DNA from: Epiperipatus broadwayi
Taxonomy: Eukaryota > Animalia > Onychophora
DNA length: 64,000 nt
Reading direction: 5' to 3'
NCBI GenBank assembly: GCA_028023455.1
Contig: JAQFVV010000004.1
Coordinates: 25,730,001-25,794,000 of the forward strand
How positions within the stretch are numbered: the first letter of the stretch is position 1; the number at the start of each line of letters is the position of its first letter. Positions 23,265-36,150 of the stretch are shown piece by piece. The notes beneath the pieces were generated by a model. That model was not told the DNA's origin. It ran no database searches and worked only from the letters and a program-made list of their open reading frames with translations. Both the position numbers and the translations under genes were made by a program.

Positions 23265-25209
23265 TTTAAGTATAAATTACAGAAAATTCATTTACACTGT
23301 AATATTATTTTATTTTCCCAAGAGAGATATTTTCCTGAAATAGATAATTTTCTCAATAAGGTTATATAAAAAAATTTAGATAATAATTTTCAGAAAATGA
23401 ATTGTATTCTAATCCAGTTCAATTTTCAACTAAACAATAGAAAATAATCTTGTAAATATAATATCTTTTGCCATAATAAACTGAAACACAATTGCCTTAT
23501 TTAGGAGTACTCTTGAATAATAGTCCAACTTATTTTCCCCATATGTCTAAGATTAGATCAAAATTAATTTCTAAGAATAATCTTCTTGAAAAGCTGGCTG
23601 GCATTTTATGGCAGAAACTAGTGTATTCTTCTGTGAATACTGTACTCCTATTCAGAAAAAAATTTCTCATACTAAACTTCTGAATGTTCATTTAAATATT
23701 ACCATGAAAAATGTTACTCCCTCTTCTTCAACAATGGCTTTCTGTTCTTTCATATATTCTTCCACCTGATGACAGAAGAAAAGTTATATCATAGAAAATT
23801 TATAAGAAGTTAAGGAGATTGGACTTGCCAATAACTAAAGATATAGTTTCATCAATTATGATTAGATCCAAATCAAGAGCTTTTTTGTTGTTCAACCATG
23901 AATCTACCTACAATCAAAGAATTATGACATAAAAATGAAATTTTTATGATTTTCCAAACAATTTATTTCCCCAGATCAAACAATAAGGCCTGCTGGATTA
24001 CATCTTTTTAAGCATAGCTGGAGTCTTGTAAACAGATTTAGGACAGCCTATGATCATTGTTGCCATTTGTTTCATAAATAGAATTTAATAGCTACTGACT
24101 TATGTAAATATAGATAAAACCAAACCATAAATCATGTAATTACTGGTTGTCTGACTGTCAAATCTATAGCTATAATAGTGGATTTGAAGAATGTTAATAA
24201 TAGCACTAATGAATCTGTCTGCTGGTTAAAATCTTTACATGTTCTTTTATAATAATTTGTTAAGCTATCTAAGAAAAAAAAAACATACTCTAAATAAAAT
24301 ACCCAAATTAACTCTATTAAATGTACATAATAATTGATATAAAAGATAACTTATACAGGATATTGTATGAAATATGTATAGATGTGTAGCTCTTTATACA
24401 CCCAGTAGTTGTTGTTTTTTTTTTTTCATAATTCTTTGCAAGCAATCTTTATTTCATGAAAAACAACTCGTTATTACATTATTGGGAAAATTTACAGAAT
24501 TTAAAGGTATCTAAGATTACCATTTTAAAATGATTAGTTAGAAAATATAACATTGTTGTGCAATACAATAATTATTTTTTAAATGATACGATATATATTT
24601 TTATATAGATGCACAATAAAAAAAATAAAGCTAAAAATAAAATGCTCATTTTATATATTTATAAAACAGTTCGTTTATTATATTATTTAAGATGAGTTTA
24701 ATATTTCTATAAAGTTTATCTCCATTTATTTTTTCAGATTATTTTTTAAATGCTTGTTTAGTACACTTTATTAAAAAGTAAAAAAAAAACCGTTTTCTTG
24801 ATTGTTACATTTTCTTCGCTACAAACGCAAAAGAAGTTAAATACATTAAAAATAAATTAACTTTTTTTTCTTTGTTTTTTTAAAAAGCCAGAGATTTATT
24901 TTGTTTTCACATGAGTTATTAATCATCTTCAAGAAGATGGTTGGTAATATAAGGATTTAAATTATCACTGTCAATTAAAAACGAAAGACTTCCTAATTGA
25001 CTAAGAAAAGTAATATGATTGGAAGTAGAATTAACTATTTCAAATGATAAAAAAATAGCTTATGAAGTTTAAGTAAATAAACTTGTTTAATTAATAGAAT
25101 CATAAGTTATAAGTCTGCAAGTTGCAGTTAAAGTTTTTCTACAAAGAAGAAGAAAATACATTAAAACTGTTAGGGAAACAAAATATGATAACTCTTAATA
25201 AAATTCACG

Positions 25210-25656
25210 TTAAACCATTAAGCATCACATGATCACTATTTCTTATACTAGCACATAATTGTTTATAAACAAAGCAAAAGTTGTGGCTATGGTTGTTAAA
25301 GAGCCAAAGACACCAAAATGTATGGGTGCTGAACTGAGTTCAGACCCATATGACTATATAAGCTATTGAGCTTAGATTGAAAATATTTTTGTGTTTTCAA
25401 TTTCATTCTCATAGTTTTGTAGTTAAGTAGAGATAAAAGGTGGGTGCTGGAGGGTTGCATTAGATCCTAAGATCTAGGTGCAGTGCTCTCGGATCCAAAG
25501 CTCCTCACTGCTGATAGGCCACAAACCAGAAACTAGTCTGGGGATATTGGATGAGTAGGCATTAGATAGGGATTTTATGCACAAGCCTTCTGGCATTCAT
25601 TGATTACTCTGGTTGGTACAGGGTGGCATTACTGTATGAAGAGTTTTGCTTTGTTT
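25210..25656. mobile_element. HHR family A copy: short inverted arm plus near-full monomer
   Basis: Minus piece about 25210-25278, then a plus monomer from about 25281 to 25656. The core is mutated to CTGCTGA. TSD candidate ataaaattcacgtt (25198-25211) and ataagattcatgtt (25657-25670). Confidence 0.82.
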
Positions 25657-26949
25657 ATAAGATTCATGTTGCTATTTTTTTTTTAACTTTTAAAGTTAAA
25701 ATTAAGCACACATCGAGTGCCCACAAGAAGGTGCCTTCTCCCTCACCAGTAGTAAAGATATAGTATTATAATCAGTGTATTAATTAATGATCTGACAACT
25801 CAGATTAACATAAATTGTTTGCTCTTTATTAAGAATAACAAGTTACCCATTTCTTACTGATAATCAAATGATTATCTTCTAATCTGGTTATAAGCTGGAT
25901 ACTTATGAAAAAAATTTAATTTATTATTGAAAACACAATTACCAAAAGTATTTCCAAGTTTTAATTAAATTTTTGTGTCAGACTGTAGACATGGTAGATG
26001 ATTTCACTATTACTTACTTAATCATGAATTTCTTCCATATTTCATTTTTACCAACCCATTCTTGGTTTGGTGCAGTAATAGAGTGGCTAATGTCCAGATT
26101 ATCATTTCAGATACTTGAACTTCTTGGAATTTTAAGAAATTAACATTTCAATTATTGTTATTGTAATACTTAAAATTATATTTAAAAAACAATTTTTTAA
26201 TGTGAAAGTAGGAAAAAATTAATAAAAATGAAGAATGATTATTTGAAATGTCTTACTATTGAAATAAACTTTTTAACAAAGTCAAAATTTTAAATGCTAT
26301 AATCATTGTAATACATGTATATTCTTCCCATGATACTTTAATATTGTTTCCCTCTCTACCCAACCTTATAAACTTGAGAATTATTTATTATTATGATATT
26401 GTTCTTTGTTTGTTTCTTAAATCAATATAAAATTATTTGGGTTCCAAAATTTTGTTAATTCCTAGAATTTAAATTATAAGATGTTAATTTTTTAAATTAT
26501 CTTTCTTGACATAATTTCTATTTTATATTTTTCCCAGCAATTCTAACCTTGAGCAAAGACTCAAATATTGTTTATATAGTTTATATTTTGACTGAAAACC
26601 TTTAGTCTATTGGTTTTTCTATTTCTATTCAATTCCTTCCATATCAAAATTGGTATTATCACTTTATTTTTCTGATTTATGTTATCATGAATATTGTTTC
26701 AGTAATTGCTTTGACTTCTAAAAACCCATCTTATTTGACTTGTATTTTTTTTTAAGAATATCATCCACACACTATCTACCTCAATACATATTGCCCTAGT
26801 AACATTTATTTAATTTTTTTTTTTAAAAAAAATCTAATCTCTGGTATTCAAAGTGTTAATTCATTTTTTATTATAAATAATCACCAAAAAATTAACATTA
26901 ACTTTTTTTCTTTCTATTATTTCTACCACTACTACTATACTGCTATTAC

Positions 26950-29900
26950 ATTTTAAAGGGAAGTTTATTGATATAAATAAATTAGATATCTTACATTTCA
27001 ATTATATGTAAAACCCAGATAAATACCTTTGATTACAGTAAATATTTTTAATTTTGAATATATCAAAATTATAAAGAGAATACTTTCAAAATTTTGAACA
27101 AAAGAAATACATTAATATGACAATTATAAAATAATTTTATTAGTTGAGTAGAAATTACAGTGGTGTAAGCAAAAGACTAAGCACTAGGTAGCAACAAGTA
27201 TATCTGCAGGAGCTAAAGCAGGGGTCCCCAACCCTATGTCCATGGGCACCATGGCACCCGCAGACCATTTTACGTGTGCCCGCCACTATCCGAACATGAT
27301 AAAAAATTATTTATCTGATACAAATAAATTTAATTTTTAAAATTTATTATAAATTATTGTATTATATTGTAATCAAATTGTAGGGCATACTATACTTTTA
27401 CAGTGTAAAAATATAAACAATTATATGTTAAAATTTTATTTTTGAAATAAATATTTTTTTGTACATTATGTGTATTATTAACAATATCCAACCATAAATT
27501 TACATTGAAAAAATAAATGGTGCCCACCACCTGGCCGGTATTATAAAATGTGCTCTTAAGTGCAAAAAGGTTGGGGACCCCTGAGCTAAAGCCTTGTCAC
27601 TGATTTTAATTTCCTGATTTGTTGTAGAAGGGTATAATTTACAAGATATTCAGTTGAAACAAAATGATACCTCAGAAATGACAAAGTAAATAGAATGAAA
27701 GTGCATATTTTGATATTAGGAAGTTATGCTATTGTTAAATGCAGTAAGAGAAAGAGTAAAAATATGTAATTGAATAAATGAGAATATGTTATATGTGTAA
27801 AACAGTACAACTATGAAGAAAGTTTTATAAAGTTTTTCTTCATTATGGAATAATAGACAAATGTATCTTTAGTGAAATTACTAATTTCCTGAATAGAAAA
27901 CTATTGATGGGAAGAGCATTTAGATTAATATTAATAACATAGAGATACTCAGATTCGAGATATCAGTCTTTAAATTTTTGAATGATATAAATTGTTTGTG
28001 AAGTTTAGAGTGGGATTTATAATAGTGGCATCTTGAATTTTCTTTAGGAAGTTATTGGCTTTCCTGTAATAAATTTTTTATTTGAAGAATGTAGGAATTA
28101 ATGGAACATGAGGAATAATTAATTTGATTAAGTTATTGAGGAGTATCTTTGGGAATGACAGATATGAACTTTTGAATACATGGAAAAGTGCTAAGAAGCC
28201 TTATTATTTCAATTATTGACTTTGGTAGAAAGAAGACAAGACTGCAGTGCATAGAAAGCACGTTGAAAATTTTTGCATAGATCTTATACTGATAGAAACT
28301 GTTTTTCTATTGCAGATCAGTTTACTTACTATGTAAGCAGCTTGTTTTGTTGATAAAGAAATTAGTGAATTTAAAAATAATAGGTAGTAGTAATAAATTT
28401 TTGTCAGATCACCATGATAACAAGAAAAAATTTGACATGAATTGAAAGATAAGATAAATAATTAAATATAGTTTATATGGAAGTTTGTTCTGAATGAAAT
28501 TCTTCATGTCAATGACTGAAAGATGTTTAGGATATGCAGTAAAAAGGACGGTAATGTTTTTATCTGATAGAATGTTCAAGGCAGATAATTTTATCATATT
28601 GAAACTTGGAGAAGTCTTTAGTATTTTGTTTAATTAGAGCACATAGTTGTGATACATACTGTATAGAAGGAAGAATAATGGCCAGATCATCCATGTAAAA
28701 GATATGTTTGGTGGATTGATTGATAGAAGGTACATGGACACCAGGTAGATTGTTTCCATTTTGAATATGCAGAGGATTAATGTATATAATGAAGAACAAA
28801 ATATTTAATGGAAATCTTTAGGTATTGAATTATATGCAATGAAATTTGGTGTTTTTTAACATTTAGTTATATAAATATAAATTACATGCATTGAAATGCA
28901 ATCAAAGGAAAGCTATAATTGAGTAATGATAAAATAAAGGCAGCTAAGTGCTTTCAAGGACCTCCTATGTGTTTATAGCATTAGAATAAACATGGAGTAG
29001 AGGGTGTGTGAGTATATATATGTATATTATATAGTCAAGAGATATTTATATTACACTAGTCTAAGGAAAATTGCATATCTTTTATAATTACAACATTCAG
29101 AGTTATATGCATTTCTCTATTCATGAGAAGATTAGCAAGAAGATATAGAATCAGTATAGGAATGTTATATTATTTGAATACCAAGAGCTTAGTTATTGAA
29201 ACTGAATCAAAATCTAATGTAATGTGAAACCATGTTGCAATGTGACCAGTCTTTCTAGATTGTTCAATTTGGTCAATAATTATTGGAAGAGCCTAAGAGA
29301 AGCAGTAGTAGATGTTTCTCTTTTAGCAAATTTCTGTAAACAGAAATGTTGGGGAGAATAGGTTTAATTTGGTGTTTAATTGGAGTTTCAGTAGTTTTCA
29401 TTAACAATGATGTTATGAAGTTTGATAATAAATTATTGAGAGTGGATGGTGTAATGTTTTATTTTAGAAATGATACCAATAACACTGGATATAATTGGTC
29501 AATTTTATGAATTTGCATGAAAAAGTAATTTAAAAGATTGTAAATGATACATATAATAAAATGGTTGATATGGGAGAATAAACTTGATGATTGCATGAGA
29601 ATCTGAATGTGTACTATCCAACATAATTTGAAAACAAATTGCAGTTTATGAATTTTATGACTGCTATCACTATGACTAAACAAATAAGGGAGAATAATAT
29701 ATGTTGTAAGGGACTGAAATTAGTTTTTAAAGTGATAAAAAATATGTGACAACATATTAGTTGTGAATTTTTAATAATGAAAGAAGCAGTTGTATAGATA
29801 ATAACTTTTAGACCAAATGATAGATTTTCCCTTTTTAATAGAAAGATAGGTAATATTGTATGAGTATTTTTATATTCTTGTTAATAGAGAGTGTTGATTC

Positions 29901-32200
29901 AGGATCATGTGATGTAATTGTAAGGTTGTTGAATAATATCTAGTTTTTTTAATATTGAGATTAGAGAATTATAACTATGTATATAAAAACTGATAACAGA
30001 GAACCACAATGATTGAATTGTCATTATATTGAGTTATTTTTAAATATATCGGAGGGAATCATTTTAATAGTGACTGATTTTAGTAGTATGTGGGAGAACA
30101 TACATAGTCAGATAAACTATTGGTGTTAGAAAAGATTGAATAATAAATTAAAGGACAAGTAAGTAAAAGAAGAGACCAATTACAAAGAGATGTTTTGGAG
30201 TATAAAAGTAAATACTTATAGGGAAAAGTCTACTGTACTTATAAATAGTATGTTAGTACAATAAACAAATCTGTAGCAAAGTCTGTATAAGACGTTAAAT
30301 TTATGTGTTAAAATTATTCAATTAGGATTTATATTTAGAATGAGATTTATTTGAATAATTAATTGCACTATAAATTCTGTTTTGTTGTATAGGTAGAGTG
30401 TAATTTTATGTTAATAGTTGAGGCAGTATTATAAGGATGATTATACTCTTTTGTTGGTCAGATAAAAAATTTTAAAAGATTAAAATGGGGACATTTGATG
30501 AATTAAAATCCTCATCCCAGTAGCATAGTTGTTTGAGTAAGACAATTTTAAGTAAGTTTGCCTACATAAGTATATTAAAGGATCTGTTTTACTATTTGCT
30601 GTGTGTTTAGTCTCTATAAATAAAACGATATTTGATATATCTATGAGATCCAATTATTCTTTGCAAATAACCTATAAAAAGAATGGATTTTCTGTCATAA
30701 ATAGGGGTAAGTTTAATATGCATGAACTGTTGCAGCAAAAGAGAATAAAAAAGCTAGTATTAATAAGAATAATGGTATTTGTTAGTTACAGAAAGGGGTA
30801 AGAAGATATAAGGAAATTTGTGCACTAAATTATGTAAGAAAAAATTGAGTATTAAATTATTTTAACATTAAGCATTACAACTCTAAAATCCTAGATTGAT
30901 ATGTGCTGTTTGGATTTTGAATAGAAACCTGGAGATGTATCTCATAGAGGTTTGTGTGAAGAAGCATGATTTGATATTCTTCTGGCTTCTTTGCATAAAT
31001 TTGTTTGATTATTTGAAAATTTTAAAAGTTTCTGAAACTTGCTGACTAAAGTTCGGATTGAATGTGAGGTTTAATCATTTTTCCATAGTGAGGGTATCAT
31101 TTCCCATTTGTTATTTAAGGGAGTTGTCTATGGAGATTCTTATTTTGAAGAACTCATTTATATGTTCGCTCCTGCTAAGAAATTCTGTTGTTCTGTAGTA
31201 ATTGAGCATGAAGAGTATGAACTAAGTCTAGTCTATTTCTCAGGGATCAATGATGCTATATTTTGTCATAAAAAAAACTTCAGACAGAATTTCTTGCTGG
31301 TAGTAATAATTTTGAGTTTTTTTCCTTTTGCATTGATGCTTTTTTTTTTCAGTTTTGACAATTTTTGAATTTATCCTCTGCATGAATGAGGTGATATTAT
31401 TGTTGTCCATTGTTGCATAATCTATTTCTGAATAATACATGGTATTCTCCTATTCATGATCTTCTTTATTAGGTGTTTTATTAGTATGTCTAGTTGACTG
31501 GATTATTTTAACATGTAATTTGGCATCCATAAGCAAGAATAGTTACAGATGTTTCTGACTATATTTCTTGCTCAGAACTAATAAGAAGTGAAGACATTGG
31601 TTTCATGCCCCATTTCCTGGTATCTTTTTAAGCCCAATTGGCTACAAAAATGATCAGGCAGTATTTGATATCATTCCTGGCTTTTCAATAAAAACACTGA
31701 GGTGGTATTTCTTTGAAGGTGATGATGGTAAGGGGTAAATCAGTGGATTATAGTAAACAAACACCAAATGGCAACACTTTTTAGTGAGATATTAAATATT
31801 ACTTTATTAAACCAGATTTAGTCAGTCTATTTCAGCAGATGGTTCACTTGGAAAGCTTGTTATAATTATTAGATGGGATTGGAAATCTTGTTTTCTATAC
31901 CTCATAGGGCAGTTTTTAATTTGCACTTGCAGGGTAGTGTTTCTATTAATATCAATATAACAAATTATTTTATCATTCAGAAATTGTTTTCGAAAAATAT
32001 TTTTTTTGCACTGTGTTGTGAAACTGTCAGTGAGATAGTCGTTACTTGGATGATCAAAAATTTTATATTAATTATCCAGATTTTTTTGAGTTAACAAACT
32101 ATAGAATTCTTCTGTGATAAATTTCATTGCTGAGATGTTGAGATCTGTTATAGCTAAAATCAGTTTTATCATTCTTAATTTTTAGAAATGTTTATAGTAT
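26950..32200 (-). mobile_element. Near full-length decayed LINE (ORF1-like region, APE, RT, C-terminal finger), clade undetermined
   Basis: Minus-strand remnants in the expected order: MLLG.DFNS (APE, about 30500-30530), SAINY, IIDQIEQSRKTGH...LDFDSV..KLL (RT 2-3, about 29170-29285), and IYINPL...KHIFYMDDLAI (RT 4-5, 28660-28790). There are many stops and both ends are approximate. Confidence 0.7.
27219..27583. mobile_element. hAT (Charlie-like) MITE, 365 bp
   Basis: Perfect 15-bp TIRs CAGGGGTCCCCAACC / GGTTGGGGACCCCTG and a perfect 8-bp TSD AGCTAAAG (27211-27218 and 27584-27591) with central TA. No coding capacity. Confidence 0.93.
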
Positions 32201-33458
32201 TAACATTGGTATTGTTAAAATTAATATGTGTTATATTTTTATAATTTTCAGTAATTATTTTATTTGAATTCAGTTGATTTGTAATATTTCATTTGCTCTG
32301 TATTGTTTAGATTTTAAAAAATCATCAATGTTTTTCTGGCTTGATTTGATGAGTTAAAGATTTTTGTCATTACTACTTTTCTTTAAAAAATGCATATATT
32401 TGCTTAGATATTTGTATATCCTCAGTAATGAAACCATTTGATTGACTAAACTTTATTTTGTCATTAAATCACAGTCTAACAATACGACTATTGTACAAAA
32501 CAGAGAAACATAAAAATAATATAAAACATTATTGCCAAGAGCTTACAACTCATTTGAGCCCTTACCAAGGCTGTATAAAAATCGTTATACTCTACTAAGT
32601 GATAAACTCAAACATTTCATTATATCGGCCAGGAACAACTAATCAGAAAATTTGTTAACTTTGCATTAATAGCACTAGAAGACTTTTTATAGCATATCTC
32701 CTTGATCTTATGTTTTTTATCATGTGTTTCATACAACAACACACTATACTCTCATGTACAACATATGTGCCCTGTAATACTTTGATGAATATAGAAAACT
32801 GAATAAACTGTATCACCCTCCATTGACTTCTTATATATATATATTGTTGAATATGATACTTAATATTTTTCTTAGTTTCATCAATATATATTGCAATACA
32901 ATCTGGTTGTGGGCATTCAGTAGAATACGCAACACTACTTTTTATTCTCTTTGTTAGTAGAATTATTGATTAACCTATTAAGGTTAGATAGAGTCCTCCA
33001 TGCCAATATTTCATACTAGCTTAAAAATTTCATATATTTACTACTATTAAAAATAAAAGCTAATGATATCCATGGTTCATTATTCACAATTACGTTAGTA
33101 CTATTATATCTTTTATAATGTTTTAATACAATTGATAGCAATCTTTACTTATTATACCCAATTTTTATCAAATCCTGCAATAACAATCTATATTATCTTT
33201 ACAAAATGGTTCATTTGAACATAGAAAACCCTAAAACCAGCCAACTTGGATGTATAGGAACATTAGACATTGGATGAATAAAGCCTCTATTATCCATATG
33301 CTTTAACACAATTTTATTTACAAATTTATCATCCACATATGATATTTGCAAATCTAGATACTTAATAGTAACATTGTTACCCTCTTCCTTGGTCTATACC
33401 AACCCATTCTGGTTCTGCAAACCTTCGTAAATTCATTTTATAACATATGCTTCATGTA

Positions 33459-34045
33459 AATAAGCATTTATTTTATATAGCGTATGTTTACAATTGTATA
33501 CATTCAAATATCAGCCTTTTAAGCTAATTGTGCATACGCTTTGTGAGTGTTAATAATAAATGAATACTTTCTCACCAATACAAGATATAGTATTTATGCG
33601 GGAATAAAAGGAATCCTCTTATTCCTATGACTCAAATGCTTATATATGAGCAAATCTGAAGTACTGGCAAGTAAAGCATGAGGATGGAACCATCACTTTA
33701 AATTACTATATACGATGTCTGAATGAATGACATGGGTGAAATTGTCTAGAATTTACTAAACGTCATTCCAACTGAAACTTAATCATATGTAAATAAGCAT
33801 TTATTTTATATAGCATATGTTTACAATTGTATACATTCAAATATCAGCCTTTTAAGCTAATTGTGCATATGCTTTGCAAGTGTTAATAATAAATGAATAC
33901 AAGATATAGTATTTATGCAGGAATAAAAGGAATCCTCTTATTCCTACGACTCAAATGCTTATATATGAGCAAATCTGAGAAAGTATTCATTTATTATTAA
34001 CATTCGCAAAGCGTATGCACAATTAGCTTAAAAGGCTGATATTTG
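33459..34045. mobile_element. 587-bp insertion inside the PLE RT (tandem unit of about 333 nt plus inverted end)
   Basis: A perfect 17-bp TSD AACATATGCTTCATGTA lies at 33442-33458 and 34046-34062. The internal direct repeat starts at 33457 and 33790, and the last 70 bp or so are an inverted copy of part of the unit. Confidence 0.85.
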
Positions 34046-35629
34046 AACATATGCTTCATGTATATTAAAGCATCATCCACATATCTGCAATATAGCATAT
34101 TCACACTTTTTAATATGGACCTCCCTGTACATTGCTCTATGCTGTCAACAAGCAAACTGCTTAATACCCCACTCACTGCCAGACCTATAAGCCATCCCAT
34201 CTCCATTCTATATAATTGATTCCTATATGCTACCACAATATCCTTACTTATCCAATCCAAACATTCACAATAAAATATATTTTCCCTTGTGGCAAATCAT
34301 TAACCATCAGTCTATCTCATCAAATTGTAATTGATGCAGTGCAATCTATTGAACCATATAATTCCATTGCATCCAAGGACACCAACTTATACTTTTCACT
34401 ATAGTTATCTTATCAAGCCAATCCATACACTCAAATGATCACTTCAACGTATATTCACCAAACCCAATACATATCAAAATCCACTGAACTATAATTCATA
34501 ATAACTTCTGGTAATATCCTCTTGTAAAATCAATCATTAATCTCAATGGCACATTAGGCTTGTCCATTTTTATATTAGCAAACATTTGTGGAATAAAAGT
34601 AGAGGATTGATAAACCTCCCTATATTCTTTATTAGTCATAAATTCTTTACCCTGTAATCTTACCATTCTCCACACAAACTTGTCTTTCATCACTTTTATA
34701 TTATAGCCTTCAATTTGTATAGTTTAATTTCTCAATTTGTTGTTGAAGTTTACTTTCATGTGCCTTGTCCACTAAAACAAATCTATTAGATTTATCCTCC
34801 TTAGAACAAATAAACTAGTTACCATTTAAAAATAATATAATCTCTCTAAATGCTCACTGCTTCCTATAACTCATCTTATCAAATACTTTATTCAACTGTG
34901 GAGTTATAGCTTGAACAATATTATCTTTATTAATCACACCATCATATACTGCTTCCACATTTCTCCATAAACTATACACATACCTGGACACACAGGATAA
35001 AATTTAATCCACATTAACTGGAATCTCAAATGTAGATAAATTAACCACCTGCTGGTTATTACTTTCCAGTTTAATATATTTTTGCTTATATAATGAAAAC
35101 TCAAACTTCTTTGAATATTTAAGCTGAATATCTTTTTTAAGTTTTCCAAACAAATCTTGCATATATGGTGGTAACTATAAAACTGCTGTAATAATTTTTC
35201 TTTTTTTATCAGAAAAAAGTTCATTCCAGCTACGTTTCAACAAAAACAGAACCAAATTCCATTGTATCCTGTTCGTGTCATTAATCCTATTACATACACC
35301 ATAATGCAATCTAATTCTACATGAATTTGGAATAATATTATACATACATCTTTTGAAAAAAATAAAACATTCATTAAATGTAATACTCCTTCTTCACAAA
35401 TTTATCGCTTGCCAGAATTTCCAATCATATTCCATTACAAAATAAAAAATCCAATACTTTATTTTTCTACGATAAAATTTAAAAATACAATACTTCTGTT
35501 ACTATAAAATATAAATCACAATCTAACAATACTACTATTATATAAAACAGCAAAACATTAAAATAATATAAAACACTATTGCCAGCGTTTTCAACTTATT
35601 CGAATCCTTATCAAGGCTGTATAAAAAAT

Positions 35630-35686
35630 CATTATATCCCCCCCCCCCCCTAAAAAAAAAAAAAAAAAAAAAAAAAATTTATAAAA

Positions 35687-35721
<35 letters not shown>

Positions 35722-36150
35722 ATTTTATTAAAATTAAAAATTTTTAAAAATTATTTTTTAAAATATAAAAAATTTTTATTTAAAAAAAAAAAAAAAAACA
35801 AATTTAATTATAAAAAAATATTTTAGTTTAAAAAATAAAAGATGTTGTAGTAAAAAAAATTAATTTTTTTTAAAATTAAAAAAAAATATTTTTTTTATTT
35901 TTTATATTTTTTTTTTTTTAATTGAAATTTTTTAAAAAAAAAAAAAAAAAATTATTTTTTTTAAAATTTCTCCTTCTCAACCTAAAAAATTTTTAAAATA
36001 ATTTTTATAAAATTTATGAGGGGTAGTTTAAAATTTTATGGGAAGTGTTTTTAAAAAATAGTTTTTTTTCATTTGGTGGGTGGGCCAATTAAAAGATTTG
36101 ATTTTTTTTCCAAAACACCAAAAAATAAATTAGTGGGTAAAAGGTTAAGG
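35630..36150. repeat. Low-complexity homopolymer tract (poly-C, poly-A, poly-T); possible assembly artefact
   Basis: About 520 nt of homopolymer-dominated sequence splits the 5' pLTR at a point where the 3' pLTR copy has only about 12 nt. Confidence 0.6.

Larger units (their letters stand above)
21600..24260 (+). mobile_element. Decayed LINE (RTE-X-like RT) interrupted by two HHR-bearing insertions
   Basis: Collinear peptides: LELALDYLKLGKTPG..IYPEF, NNRSTTE..LFNIFIKDLL (motif 4), RKFIYTVN (degenerate YADD, about 23282-23305), YLGVLLN...KNNLLEKLAG, and QTINHVITGC...WLKSLHVLL at the 3' end. The 5' boundary is approximate. Confidence 0.8.

Noticed and set aside
26045-26095. IS3-like integrase motif (minus strand ITAPNQEWVG)
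   Set aside because: An isolated short match with no downstream DDE residues in any nearby frame.
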